Shown piece after piece: positions 55,656-64,000 of a stretch of DNA of 64,000 bases. The notes below the pieces were generated by a model. The model made no database searches and was not told the DNA's origin. It was given only the letters and a program-made list of their open reading frames with translations. The stretch lies in the NCBI GenBank assembly GCA_035063585.1, contig JAPSGB010000003.1, forward strand, positions 256,001-320,000, given 5' to 3'. The DNA is from Polyangiaceae bacterium. Its GTDB lineage: Bacteria > Myxococcota_A > Polyangia > Polyangiales > Polyangiaceae. Positions within the stretch are counted from its first letter, which is position 1. Each line of letters opens with the position of its first letter. The position numbers were made by a program, and so were the translations under genes.

Positions 55656-55687
55656 AAGGGCGTCGCGCTGGTCGCGGCGCCCTTTTT
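55656..55687 (+). terminator. Rho-independent terminator
   Basis: AAGGGCGTCGCG-ctggt-CGCGGCGCCCTT hairpin running into a T tract after the Cys-repeat gene. Confidence 0.7.
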
Positions 55688-55795
55688 CTGTGGTGGAGCC
55701 GCCGCTCGGCGCCGCTCGAACCCGAACCGGGTATGCTGGCCGCTCCCGAGAGGGACCCGACCATGCTGCGCTGCCTCGCGATACGAGTGAGCTTC

Positions 55796-56509
55796 ATGAG
55801 CGCGCGGCTCCTGCTCGTCGCGCTCGCCGCGGCGGCCTGCACTCCGCGGCCGGGCGGCTCCTGCAAGCAGGGCGAGGCGCGCTGCGAGGGCGCTGCTTCC
55901 GAGCTCGTGTGCAGCGACGGCCGCTACGTCTCGACGCCCTGCCGCGGCCCCAAGGGCTGCGCGGTGACCGCGGACGGGGTCGCGTGCGACATCTCGGCGA
56001 ACCGCCCCGGCGATCCGTGCTCGCGCGACGACGAGGGCGCCGCGATCTGCCTGGGCGAGAAGCGACTCCTCGCCTGTCGGGGCGCGGCGTATCTCGCGGT
56101 CGAGTGCCGCGGGCCGCGCGGATGCGACACCGAGGACGGTCGCGCGCGCTGCGACACCTCGGTCGCGGCGGAGGGCGACGCCTGCCACGACGCCGCGACG
56201 AAGGCGTGCAGCCTGGACGGCAAGACCCTGCTCGCGTGCGCCGCGGGGAAGCTGACCGCGCTCTACCGGTGCCGGGGCGACGACGGCTGCGCGGTCGCGC
56301 CCGGTGGGAAGCTCGACTGCGACCTGTCGGTCGCGGCGGAGGGCGACGCCTGCGACGCGCGGCTCGAGGGACAGGTGGCGTGCGCGCCGGATCGGCGCGG
56401 TATGGTCCGCTGCGCGCGCGGTGAGTTCGCCCCGGACGAGCGGTGCCCGACGGGCAAGACGTGCGTGGCGCAGGGCGGGAGTATCGCCTGCAAAGCGCCC
56501 GTGAAGTGA
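55796..56509 (+). CDS. Cys-rich repeat lipoprotein
   Basis: Lipobox AAAC; three to four repeats of C.G..GC..CD.SVAAEGDAC. Confidence 0.78.
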   Translation: MSARLLLVALAAAACTPRPGGSCKQGEARCEGAASELVCSDGRYVSTPCRGPKGCAVTADGVACDISANRPGDPCSRDDEGAAICLGEKRLLACRGAAYLAVECRGPRGCDTEDGRARCDTSVAAEGDACHDAATKACSLDGKTLLACAAGKLTALYRCRGDDGCAVAPGGKLDCDLSVAAEGDACDARLEGQVACAPDRRGMVRCARGEFAPDERCPTGKTCVAQGGSIACKAPVK

Positions 56510-56534
56510 CCTTGGCGCGCCGAGCCGCGGTCGG

Positions 56535-57548
56535 TCAGGGCGCGATTCGGATCGCGAGCTTGCCGAAGTGCGCGCCCGCCTGCAGGTGCTCGAGCGCCGC
56601 CCGCAGGTCCGCGAGCGCGAACTCGCGGTCCACCACCGGGCGCACGCCGCCCTGGGTCCACGCGCGCGCGAGCCCCTCGAAGCACTCGCGGCTCCCGACC
56701 AGGACGCCCTGCAGCCGCACGTTGCCCATCAGGATGGGCAAGAGCGAGAGATCGGTGGCGACGCCGGAGAGCACCCCGATCACGCTGATGGTGCCGCCGA
56801 CGCGGACCGCGCGGAGCGCCTCGCCGATGGTCTTGCCGCCGCCGACCTCGACCACGTGATCGACGCCCTCGTCGGTCATGGCGCGCGCGGTCTTGCCCCA
56901 GCCGGGATCGCGCGCGTAGTTGATCGTCTCGTCGGCGCCGAGCGCGCGCGCTCGCTCGAGCTTCTCGTCCGAGCTGCTCGTGACGATGACGCGCGCGCCC
57001 ATGAGCTTTGCGATTTGGAGGGCGGAGATGGAGACGCCGCCGGTGCCCTCCACCAGCACGGTGTCGCCCGGACGCAGGCCCCCTTGCTCGACCAGCGCAT
57101 TCCAGGCCGTGACCGGCGCGCACGGGAGGCTCGCCGCCTCCGCGTCCGTGAGGTGCGGTGGCGCGGGGACGACGTCCTCGGCGTCGATGACCAGGTAGTC
57201 GACCAAGGTGCCGTCGAGCGGGCCGCCGAGCGTGCTCCGGAGCCGCGCGCGGGTCGGCCGCCCGGCGCGGTATCCAGGGGCGAAAATGGGGCACACCCGC
57301 TCACCCGCCTTCACTCGCGTGACGCCCGCGCCGAGCGCGATCACCTCGCCCACGCCGTCCGAGCAGGGCACGAACGGCAGCGGCTGCTTCGGGTTGTACT
57401 GGCCGAGCACCATGCGCAAATCGCGGAAGTTCAGCGACGCGGCGAGCATCCTGAGCTTCACCTGTCCGGGCCCCGGCTCGGGCTCGGGGCGCTCCTCGAT
57501 GCGGAGATGGTCGAGCCCGAAGGCTCCCGACACGGTGACGGCTCTCAT
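56535..57548 (-). CDS. MDR-superfamily NAD(P)-dependent oxidoreductase (zinc-type ADH-like)
   Basis: ASLNFRD, PCSDGVG, GTGGVS, VEVGG, HFGKLAI. Confidence 0.92.
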   Translation of the reverse strand: MRAVTVSGAFGLDHLRIEERPEPEPGPGQVKLRMLAASLNFRDLRMVLGQYNPKQPLPFVPCSDGVGEVIALGAGVTRVKAGERVCPIFAPGYRAGRPTRARLRSTLGGPLDGTLVDYLVIDAEDVVPAPPHLTDAEAASLPCAPVTAWNALVEQGGLRPGDTVLVEGTGGVSISALQIAKLMGARVIVTSSSDEKLERARALGADETINYARDPGWGKTARAMTDEGVDHVVEVGGGKTIGEALRAVRVGGTISVIGVLSGVATDLSLLPILMGNVRLQGVLVGSRECFEGLARAWTQGGVRPVVDREFALADLRAALEHLQAGAHFGKLAIRIAP

Positions 57549-57626
57549 GAGCGCGTAGGCTAGCCGAACGTAGCCCTGAAATCCCGCGCGGGTGGTTTGC
57601 GCTCGCCCGCGGAGCCGGGTCGCGCG

Positions 57627-60050
57627 ATGCTCCGGGCTCGGGTGTCGACCATCGCGCGTCTGTGGCCGCTCGGGCCCGCTCTCGCTCTTGGCGCGCTCGC
57701 CGCGTGCCCACGGGCGGCGCCCGTGTCACACCCGCTCGACCTCGCGCGCGGCGGCGTGCGCGTGACGGAGCTCACCCGCGCGAGCGCGTCGAGCGGCGGC
57801 GCCGCGAGCGGGCGCGCCGGCGACCTCCTGCTCGAGTCACGTGAGCTCCGCGCGGTCATCGGACGAGGCGGAACCCCGGAGCGCGAGCTCGCGCGCGGCG
57901 CGGTGCTCGAGCTGGCGCCCGCGCGCTTCACGGGGCACGAGCTCACCCAGCTCGACGTGGTCGCGCGCGGGCTCGCGCTCGTGGTTCGGAGCGTGGAGCC
58001 CCTCGCCGATGCGCGCCGCGCCGGGGTGCGCGTGGTGCGCGCGACGCCGGACGGCGCGCTCATCGTGGTGACCGAGCTCACGCTCGCGCGGGGAGCGCTC
58101 CAGGTCGAGAGCGTGGCCACCAACCGCGGTGCTGCGCCGCTCCGCCAGCTCTCCCTCGGAGATCGGCTCACCACCATCGGCGGCGCGGCGTGGATCCCCG
58201 GGATCGGGAGCGTCGAGCGGGGGCCTCGCGGAGCGCGCGCGGCTTGGGCGGCGCGGCGCGGGCGGAGGCTCTCGTACGCCCTCGCGTCGCCCGATGGCGC
58301 GTCCGATTTCGAGTGCAGGAGCGGCGGCGAGGCGACCATACCGCTCATCGCGTGGTCGCCGCCGGTCGAGCTCGCGCCGGGCTCGAGCGTGCGCGTGCGG
58401 CGCGTGCTGGTGACGCGCGAGGGCGACATCGCCGCGCTCGCCGAGCCCGCGTGGCGCGCGAGCGGCGCCGCCATCGGCAGGGTACGCGGGCGGCTCGCGC
58501 CGGCGCCCGCGTGGGCGAGCGTCGAGGCGACGAGCCCTGACGGCGCGCTCGCGCTCGCGGTCGAGGTCGACCCGAGCGGGGCGTTCGAGCTCGCACTTCC
58601 GGTTGGAAAATGGCGACTCGTGCTCCGGGCGCCGGGCGGCGACGACGAGCGCTCGATCGAGGTCACCGCGGAGCAGGTGGCGGAGCCGCGCTTCCTGGTG
58701 CGCGCGCCGGGGCAGCTTCGCTATGAAGTGACCGGCGCCGACGGGCGACTGCTGCCCGCCCGGCTGGTATTTCGCGGCATCGACGGGACGCCGGACCCAG
58801 CGTTCGGGCCACCGCACCTCGCCGGCGGCGCGGCCATGGTCTCGTACACGCGGAGCGGCGCGGGCGCGGTCGAGCTGCCTCCCGGGCGCTACCGCGTGCT
58901 CTTCACCCACGGCGTCGAGTATGGGCTCGACACGCACGACCTCGAGGTCACCGCCGAGTCGGGCGCGCGCGTCCGCGCGGTGCTGCCGCACCTCGTCGAC
59001 ACCCCCGGCGCGCTCGCCTGCGATTTTCACCTGCACGCAGCTCCGAGCGGCGACACCGGCCTACCGGTCGCCGATCGAGTGGCAGCGCTCGTCGCCGAGG
59101 GGCTCGATTTTGCGGTCGCCACCGATCATAACGTCGTCACCGACTACGCGCCGTTCGCCGGCGGGCAGCTCGCCACCGCGACCGGCGTCGAGATCACCAC
59201 GGCGAGCTGGGGGCACTTCAACGCGTTCCCGTACCCGCTGGGCGAGCCGCCACCCTTCACGGTGGCGCCAGCGGAGTTCTTCGCGAGCGTGCGCGAGCGC
59301 GCGCCGCGCGCCATCATCCAGGTGAACCATCCGCGCATGAGCCCGGGTATCGGCTACTTCGACCTGGGCAAGCTGGAGCCGGCGCGCGCGACCGCCGAGC
59401 GGCCCGGCTTCTCCTTCGATTTCGACACGCTCGAGGTCTTCAATGGGTTCTCGCGCGGCAACCTGGCCGAGGTCGAGCAGACGCTCGCCGACTGGCGCGC
59501 CCTCCTGCTCGCCGGCCGCCGCTTCACCGCGGTCGGCAACTCCGACTCGCACAGCCTCGTCTACCAGTGGGCGGGCTACCCGCGCACTTACGTCGAGGCG
59601 GGGCAGGCCGAGCCGCGCGAAATCGCGCGCGCGCTCCGTCAAGGGCGCGCCCTCGTCACGACGGGGCCGCTCATCGAGTTTCATATCGGCGAAGAGGGGC
59701 CGGGCTCCCTCGCGTCGGCGGAGGGGGGCACGGTCGTCGCCAAGATCCGAGTGCGCGCGGCGCCGTGGATCGACGTCACCCGGGTCGAGCTCTGGGTCGA
59801 TGATCGGCGAGTCAGCGAGCGACGGGTCGAGGGCGACGGCGTCGAGCGGCTCGCGTGGGAGCCGGCGCTCCACCTCGAGCGCGACGCGTTCATCACGGTG
59901 ATCGCGCGCGGCGACCGCGCGCTGGCGGAGGTGTTGCCGGGTCCGCGCACGGTGCCGTTCGCGGTCACCAACCCGATCTTCGTCGACGTGGACGGCGACG
60001 GCGCGTACACGCCGCCGGGCCCGCGCGCGGCGGCGAGCGCCGGGCGGTAG
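57627..60050 (+). CDS. CehA/McbA-family metallohydrolase (PHP domain), lipoprotein
   Basis: Lipobox LAAC; DFHLH, TDHN, GVE, GHFN, NHPR, EVFNG, NSDSH, TNPIFVD. Confidence 0.85.
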   Translation: MLRARVSTIARLWPLGPALALGALAACPRAAPVSHPLDLARGGVRVTELTRASASSGGAASGRAGDLLLESRELRAVIGRGGTPERELARGAVLELAPARFTGHELTQLDVVARGLALVVRSVEPLADARRAGVRVVRATPDGALIVVTELTLARGALQVESVATNRGAAPLRQLSLGDRLTTIGGAAWIPGIGSVERGPRGARAAWAARRGRRLSYALASPDGASDFECRSGGEATIPLIAWSPPVELAPGSSVRVRRVLVTREGDIAALAEPAWRASGAAIGRVRGRLAPAPAWASVEATSPDGALALAVEVDPSGAFELALPVGKWRLVLRAPGGDDERSIEVTAEQVAEPRFLVRAPGQLRYEVTGADGRLLPARLVFRGIDGTPDPAFGPPHLAGGAAMVSYTRSGAGAVELPPGRYRVLFTHGVEYGLDTHDLEVTAESGARVRAVLPHLVDTPGALACDFHLHAAPSGDTGLPVADRVAALVAEGLDFAVATDHNVVTDYAPFAGGQLATATGVEITTASWGHFNAFPYPLGEPPPFTVAPAEFFASVRERAPRAIIQVNHPRMSPGIGYFDLGKLEPARATAERPGFSFDFDTLEVFNGFSRGNLAEVEQTLADWRALLLAGRRFTAVGNSDSHSLVYQWAGYPRTYVEAGQAEPREIARALRQGRALVTTGPLIEFHIGEEGPGSLASAEGGTVVAKIRVRAAPWIDVTRVELWVDDRRVSERRVEGDGVERLAWEPALHLERDAFITVIARGDRALAEVLPGPRTVPFAVTNPIFVDVDGDGAYTPPGPRAAASAGR

Positions 60051-60055
60051 CGCGG

Positions 60056-62650
60056 TTACCCGGCCATTCCCGCCGGCGCGAGGCTCCGCTCGATCGACGC
60101 GAGGAGCTGGTAGGCCTCGCGCCAGTCGGCGCCGCGCTCGGCGATCAGGCCGGCGAGCCAGCCGCGCAGCTCGTCGAGCTCCGCGGGCGGTAGGTTCGCG
60201 GGCTCCTCGACGGTGAGGAACGAGCGGAGCAGGGCTCGAGCGCTCGCCCCCTCGGAGGCTCGCGCGAGCGCGAGGCGCTCCGGGAGCGCGCTCGCGAGCG
60301 CGCGCGCGACCATCGCGTCCGGGAACCGCCGCCCGAGCGCGCGGACCGCGCGCGGATCGGAGACGCTCTCGAGCGCGACGAGCGCGTGCGCCTCGGGGAT
60401 GAGCTCGTAGGCTCGCGCGAGCCCGAGCGCTTCCCACGCCGCCTCGGGCGCGCGCGGCGCGGCGGCGACCAGCGCAGCCCACTGCGGCGCGTCGAAGCTC
60501 GTCCACGGCAGCGGCGCGCCGCTCGCCTCGGGCGTCGTGATGAGCTCCTCGAGCGCGAGCGCGGGCGCGTGCGCGAACGCGAGCGCCGCGTGCGCGCCGC
60601 TCGGATCGAGCAGCGAGCCGGTGAGCCTCGGGCGCTTCGCCTCGCGCCACGCGTTCCACAGGGCGAGCGCGACCTCGGAGAAGGCGACCCCGCGCGCCCG
60701 CGACAGGAGCTCGAGGGCGGGGAGGGCTGGTCGGAGCGGCGCGAGGGCCGCGAGGGTCGACCAGGCGAGGACGCCATGCGCGCTCTCGTCGAGCGCGATG
60801 CCCGGTAGCTCGAGCGGGTGCGGCGCCCCCCCGTCGAGCGCGACGCTGCCGACCAGCGCGCGCAGCCGATCGACGACCAGGAAGGCGTGGAGCGGCGCGT
60901 CTCCGCGGAGCACCGCCTGGTAGATGGCGTCGAGCACGCGCCGCACCTCCCGCGGCTCGGCGCCTCCCGGCCACGGGCGGAGCGGTCCGGGCCGGGTTCC
61001 GCGCCGGATCGGCAGACCCTCGCTGAGCGAGAGGGCGGCGAGCAGCCACGCCCCGTCGCTGAGCGCGCCCCGGCCGCGCGGGTAGCCGATCCGTGGTCGC
61101 GGCAGCTCACCCGGGAGGCGGACGGCGAGCGCGACGCCCGCGTCGTAGAGCTCCTCGAGCTCGTCGCTCGGCCGCTCTCCGCCCTCCGCGAGCGCGAGCC
61201 CGCTCACGCGGAAGACCGCCTCGAGGGCGGCGGCGAAGGCCGGGTTGCCGTCGCTCTCGAGCTCGAGCACGAGGCTCACCGGGTGGTCGCCCCGGCGGAC
61301 GCGCGCGGCGAGCTCGCGCGCGACTCCGGCCGCGCCGTGCTCGTGGAGGAGGGCCTCGCCCCACTCGAAGGGCGAACCGCGCACGAGCTCGCGGCGGGCG
61401 AGCTCGTCGACCACGCGCGCGAGCCAGCGCGGGCGGAGCCGCTCGCGCGTCGAGCCGGGGAGCGGCTCGAAGAGGCCCGCGCCGCGGAGCGCGCGCACCA
61501 CGCGGAACGCGCCCGGCGGCACCTCGCGCGCGGCGCGCTCGACGTCGGCGCGTCCGATGGCGCCGCCGCGCTTCACGAGCGTCGCGCGCAGCCACTCGAG
61601 ATCCGCGCCGAGGCGGTGCTCCTCCGGCACCAGCTCGAGCCACTCCTCCGGCTCGCGCGGCGCGTCGAGCGGCGCGTCCGAGTCCGTGAGCACGCGCTGG
61701 GCCATGCCGACCAGCACGCGGAAGCCGCGCCGCTCGACCCACGACGCTTCCGCGCTGGTGGACCCCGTCGATGCGCGGAGCCGGTCGCGGTAGAAGCGCT
61801 CGGCGAGCTCGGCGAGCGAGCGGTGCTCGAGCTTGCGAGCGCCGAGCGAGTCCGCGAGCCCGCAGAGCCCGAGCGCGGTCCCGGGCGTGTCGACCAGCCC
61901 GGTCGCGCGGAGCCAAGTGCGCGTGCGCTCCGCGTCGAAGCGTCCGTCCTCCGGCAGGCGCGCGGCGACCCAGTCGACGAGCGCGTCGAGCCACTCCTCG
62001 GGCGGCGGCGAGGTGACCATGTGGAAACCATCGCCGCGCGGCGGGAACGGCGCGGCGACGCAGAGCGGTCGGCCCGCGAGCGCGGCCGCCACGCCGTCGT
62101 CGCGCTCGAGCTCGACATAGACCGCGCCGCTCCGCGGGATGCGCGAGAGCGCGTCGGTCCAGGTCTCTGCGCGGACGAACGCGGCCAGGCCGCGCGCCTC
62201 GAGCCACTGCCCCACCAGCGTGCGCCCAGCGCCGCCCGGCGCGAGCCAGTGGAGCGGGGCGAAGCTCGCGGGGCGGGTGACCTCCGGAGGGAGCCCTGGG
62301 AAGAGCTCCTCTTCGAGCAGATCGAGCGCTCGCGCGAAGCGGAGGTCATCGAGCGTCACGCGGCGCTCGGAGCCGCGCGCCTCTGGCGACCGCCCGGGGA
62401 TGAACGCCGCGCGGAGATCGGCGACGGCGCAGCCGAGGACCTCGGCGAGCGCCTGCTGCACGGCGGGTCGCCCCGCGAGCCACTCGAGCTCGAGATCGCG
62501 GTCGAGCTTGCTGAAGAGGGCGGCCAGTGATCGGCTCTCTGGCCGGTCCCCCGCCGGCCACGCCTGGCTCGCGAGGACGGCGCGCGCGAGCGCCCCGTAG
62601 CTCCGGACCGAGGGCCGGGCCGACGCCATGAGCTCACGCAACCAGCCCAC
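60056..62650 (-). CDS. Large hypothetical protein (possible N-terminal HTH and degenerate P-loop)
   Basis: 864-aa ORF with strong codon bias; GAGG before the GTG start; APGGAGRT motif. Confidence 0.7.
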   Translation of the reverse strand: MGWLRELMASARPSVRSYGALARAVLASQAWPAGDRPESRSLAALFSKLDRDLELEWLAGRPAVQQALAEVLGCAVADLRAAFIPGRSPEARGSERRVTLDDLRFARALDLLEEELFPGLPPEVTRPASFAPLHWLAPGGAGRTLVGQWLEARGLAAFVRAETWTDALSRIPRSGAVYVELERDDGVAAALAGRPLCVAAPFPPRGDGFHMVTSPPPEEWLDALVDWVAARLPEDGRFDAERTRTWLRATGLVDTPGTALGLCGLADSLGARKLEHRSLAELAERFYRDRLRASTGSTSAEASWVERRGFRVLVGMAQRVLTDSDAPLDAPREPEEWLELVPEEHRLGADLEWLRATLVKRGGAIGRADVERAAREVPPGAFRVVRALRGAGLFEPLPGSTRERLRPRWLARVVDELARRELVRGSPFEWGEALLHEHGAAGVARELAARVRRGDHPVSLVLELESDGNPAFAAALEAVFRVSGLALAEGGERPSDELEELYDAGVALAVRLPGELPRPRIGYPRGRGALSDGAWLLAALSLSEGLPIRRGTRPGPLRPWPGGAEPREVRRVLDAIYQAVLRGDAPLHAFLVVDRLRALVGSVALDGGAPHPLELPGIALDESAHGVLAWSTLAALAPLRPALPALELLSRARGVAFSEVALALWNAWREAKRPRLTGSLLDPSGAHAALAFAHAPALALEELITTPEASGAPLPWTSFDAPQWAALVAAAPRAPEAAWEALGLARAYELIPEAHALVALESVSDPRAVRALGRRFPDAMVARALASALPERLALARASEGASARALLRSFLTVEEPANLPPAELDELRGWLAGLIAERGADWREAYQLLASIERSLAPAGMAG

Positions 62651-62705
62651 TCATACCTCAGAAATCGGCCCTGCGGCCGGCGCTCTCGGCCTTCGTCGGT
62701 CGATT

Positions 62706-62750
62706 TTGCATCAAGAATGCATAATGTATCGATTATGCAGTTAGATGCAA
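62706..62750. promoter_or_regulatory. AT-rich nested inverted repeat upstream of the 864-aa gene
   Basis: TTGCATC-aagaa-TGCATAAT-gtatcg-ATTATGCA-gtta-GATGCAA. Confidence 0.6.
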
Positions 62751-62954
62751 CAAGCCAGCTGAACTTGGCTGAGGCGTCGTCAGGCTAGTAAGTGCGATGA
62801 GCCAGAATCGAGCATCGATTCAGCAAATGACGAGCGGAGCGGCGGCTGGATGGGCTCGTGGGCTGCCGGGCGCGGCCCCCTGCTCCGGGGCCGAGGGTGG
62901 GTCGAGCGGCGGAGACTTACCGTAAGCCGCAGCGCGAGGCGGAGCCATGCGGGC

Positions 62955-64000
62955 TCACTCCCTGGCGCCCGCTTCGCTCGAGCCGGGAGCGACCGCAGGG
63001 CCCGGCCGGCCCGGTGCGCCGCCGTCCGCGGCGTCCCGCGCTTCGCCGGGCGCGGCCGCGTCACCGTTCGAGGAGACGTCCTTGCAGCACCGGAAGCCGG
63101 CCTCGTAGCCGTAGTCGTTCTCCTTGTGGAACGTGACGGTCGGGCGGCAGCGGCTCCGCACCGGCCCCCACCAGCCGCCCTTCAGGCCGCTGCGGTTCGG
63201 GTACTCCTTGCCGGGGAGGTCCACCCACTCGTTCACGTTGCCGTTGAGATCGATGAGCCCCGCCCAGGAGACGCAGGTGTCGCGCGCGCCGATCGGGAGG
63301 CGCTGATCGAGGCGCTTCAGCTCCGCGGCGCAGCGCTCGTTCTTCTGGCAGCTCTCGTACCAGAGCATCCGCCTCGAGTGATCGGGGAAGACGTAGGGCT
63401 TGTCGAGGTTGCACGCCTCCGGCTCGCGGACGAACCCGGTCGCGTAGGGGCGCATGTCGGGGCCCTCGCACGCGAAGTTGAACTCATCCTCCGTGCAGAG
63501 GCGCTTGCCCTCGGCCTTGCAGCGTTCGCGCGCCTGCGTGAAGGACACGAGCACCCACGGTAGCTCGCCCACCCGGTTCGGGTACTCGTGTAGATCCATG
63601 CAGAAGGCGAGGTGCGTGCGCTCCTTCGACACGCAGCGGGTCGGCTCCTTGTACTTGAGGCACCGCTCGCTCACCGTGGGATCGCCCTTGCGCGCGAGGT
63701 ACTCCGGGTGCTCTTCGAGGCATTCCTGGATCACCGCGGGGCAGTACTCGCCCTCGACGCGCAGCATCCCGTCCGGGCAGCCTTCCCGGCTCCCGAGGGT
63801 CGCCGAGGCCTCCGCGCCGCTGTCGCCGCTCGCGGCGTCGGGTGCGGCGCCCGCGTCCGCCGCCGCTCCCGCGTCCATGGAGCCCGCGCTCGCGCTCGGC
63901 GCGACCGCCGATGAGGTCGCCGGCGGCGCGCCGCCTGCCGGGCGAGGCGCGTCACGCTTGCAGCCGGCGCCGCCCGCCACCGACGAGAAGAGCGCGAGCG
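62955..64000 (-). CDS. SUMF1/FGE-sulfatase domain protein, probable lipoprotein (5' end outside window)
   Basis: CPDGM, FCMD.HEYP, KRLCTEDEF..AC, DLNGNVNEW, KGGWW, GFRCC. Confidence 0.85.
   Translation of the reverse strand, partial: LALFSSVAGGAGCKRDAPRPAGGAPPATSSAVAPSASAGSMDAGAAADAGAAPDAASGDSGAEASATLGSREGCPDGMLRVEGEYCPAVIQECLEEHPEYLARKGDPTVSERCLKYKEPTRCVSKERTHLAFCMDLHEYPNRVGELPWVLVSFTQARERCKAEGKRLCTEDEFNFACEGPDMRPYATGFVREPEACNLDKPYVFPDHSRRMLWYESCQKNERCAAELKRLDQRLPIGARDTCVSWAGLIDLNGNVNEWVDLPGKEYPNRSGLKGGWWGPVRSRCRPTVTFHKENDYGYEAGFRCCKDVSSNGDAAAPGEARDAADGGAPGRPGPAVAPGSSEAGARE

Overview
Very GC-rich, gene-dense chromosomal window. Gene content points to a myxobacterium, probably Polyangiaceae/Sorangiineae-like (inference from MYXO-CTERM-like tails, Cys-rich lipoproteins, DUF4388 and TIGR02265-like proteins). 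I call about 57 CDS. I found no rRNA, tRNA, CRISPR array, transposase or integrase. Housekeeping and metabolic genes: sucA-sucB-lpdA, an acyl-CoA dehydrogenase, serB, amtB, yggX, slyX, MFS/BASS transporters, an M20 peptidase and a two-component pair. The most notable items are: (1) a predicted lipoprotein closely matching eukaryotic Fam20C/four-jointed secretory kinases (49858-51042); (2) a nitrosative-stress cluster (cupin, DUF488, NnrS, methyltransferase, Ric, cupredoxin) with a sigma-54 activator whose only sensory region is a ~35-aa four-Cys peptide, plus candidate FNR/CRP-type, Fur-like and sigma-54 sites; (3) a two-gene radical 2-hydroxyacyl-CoA dehydratase/activase unit preceded by two 18-bp palindromes exactly 200 bp apart, near a TetR gene; (4) an 864-aa HTH/P-loop-like unknown protein behind an AT-rich nested palindrome; (5) an apparently circularly permuted P-domain lipoprotein. 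All family calls come from reading motifs by eye; no database search was run, and several start codons are uncertain.
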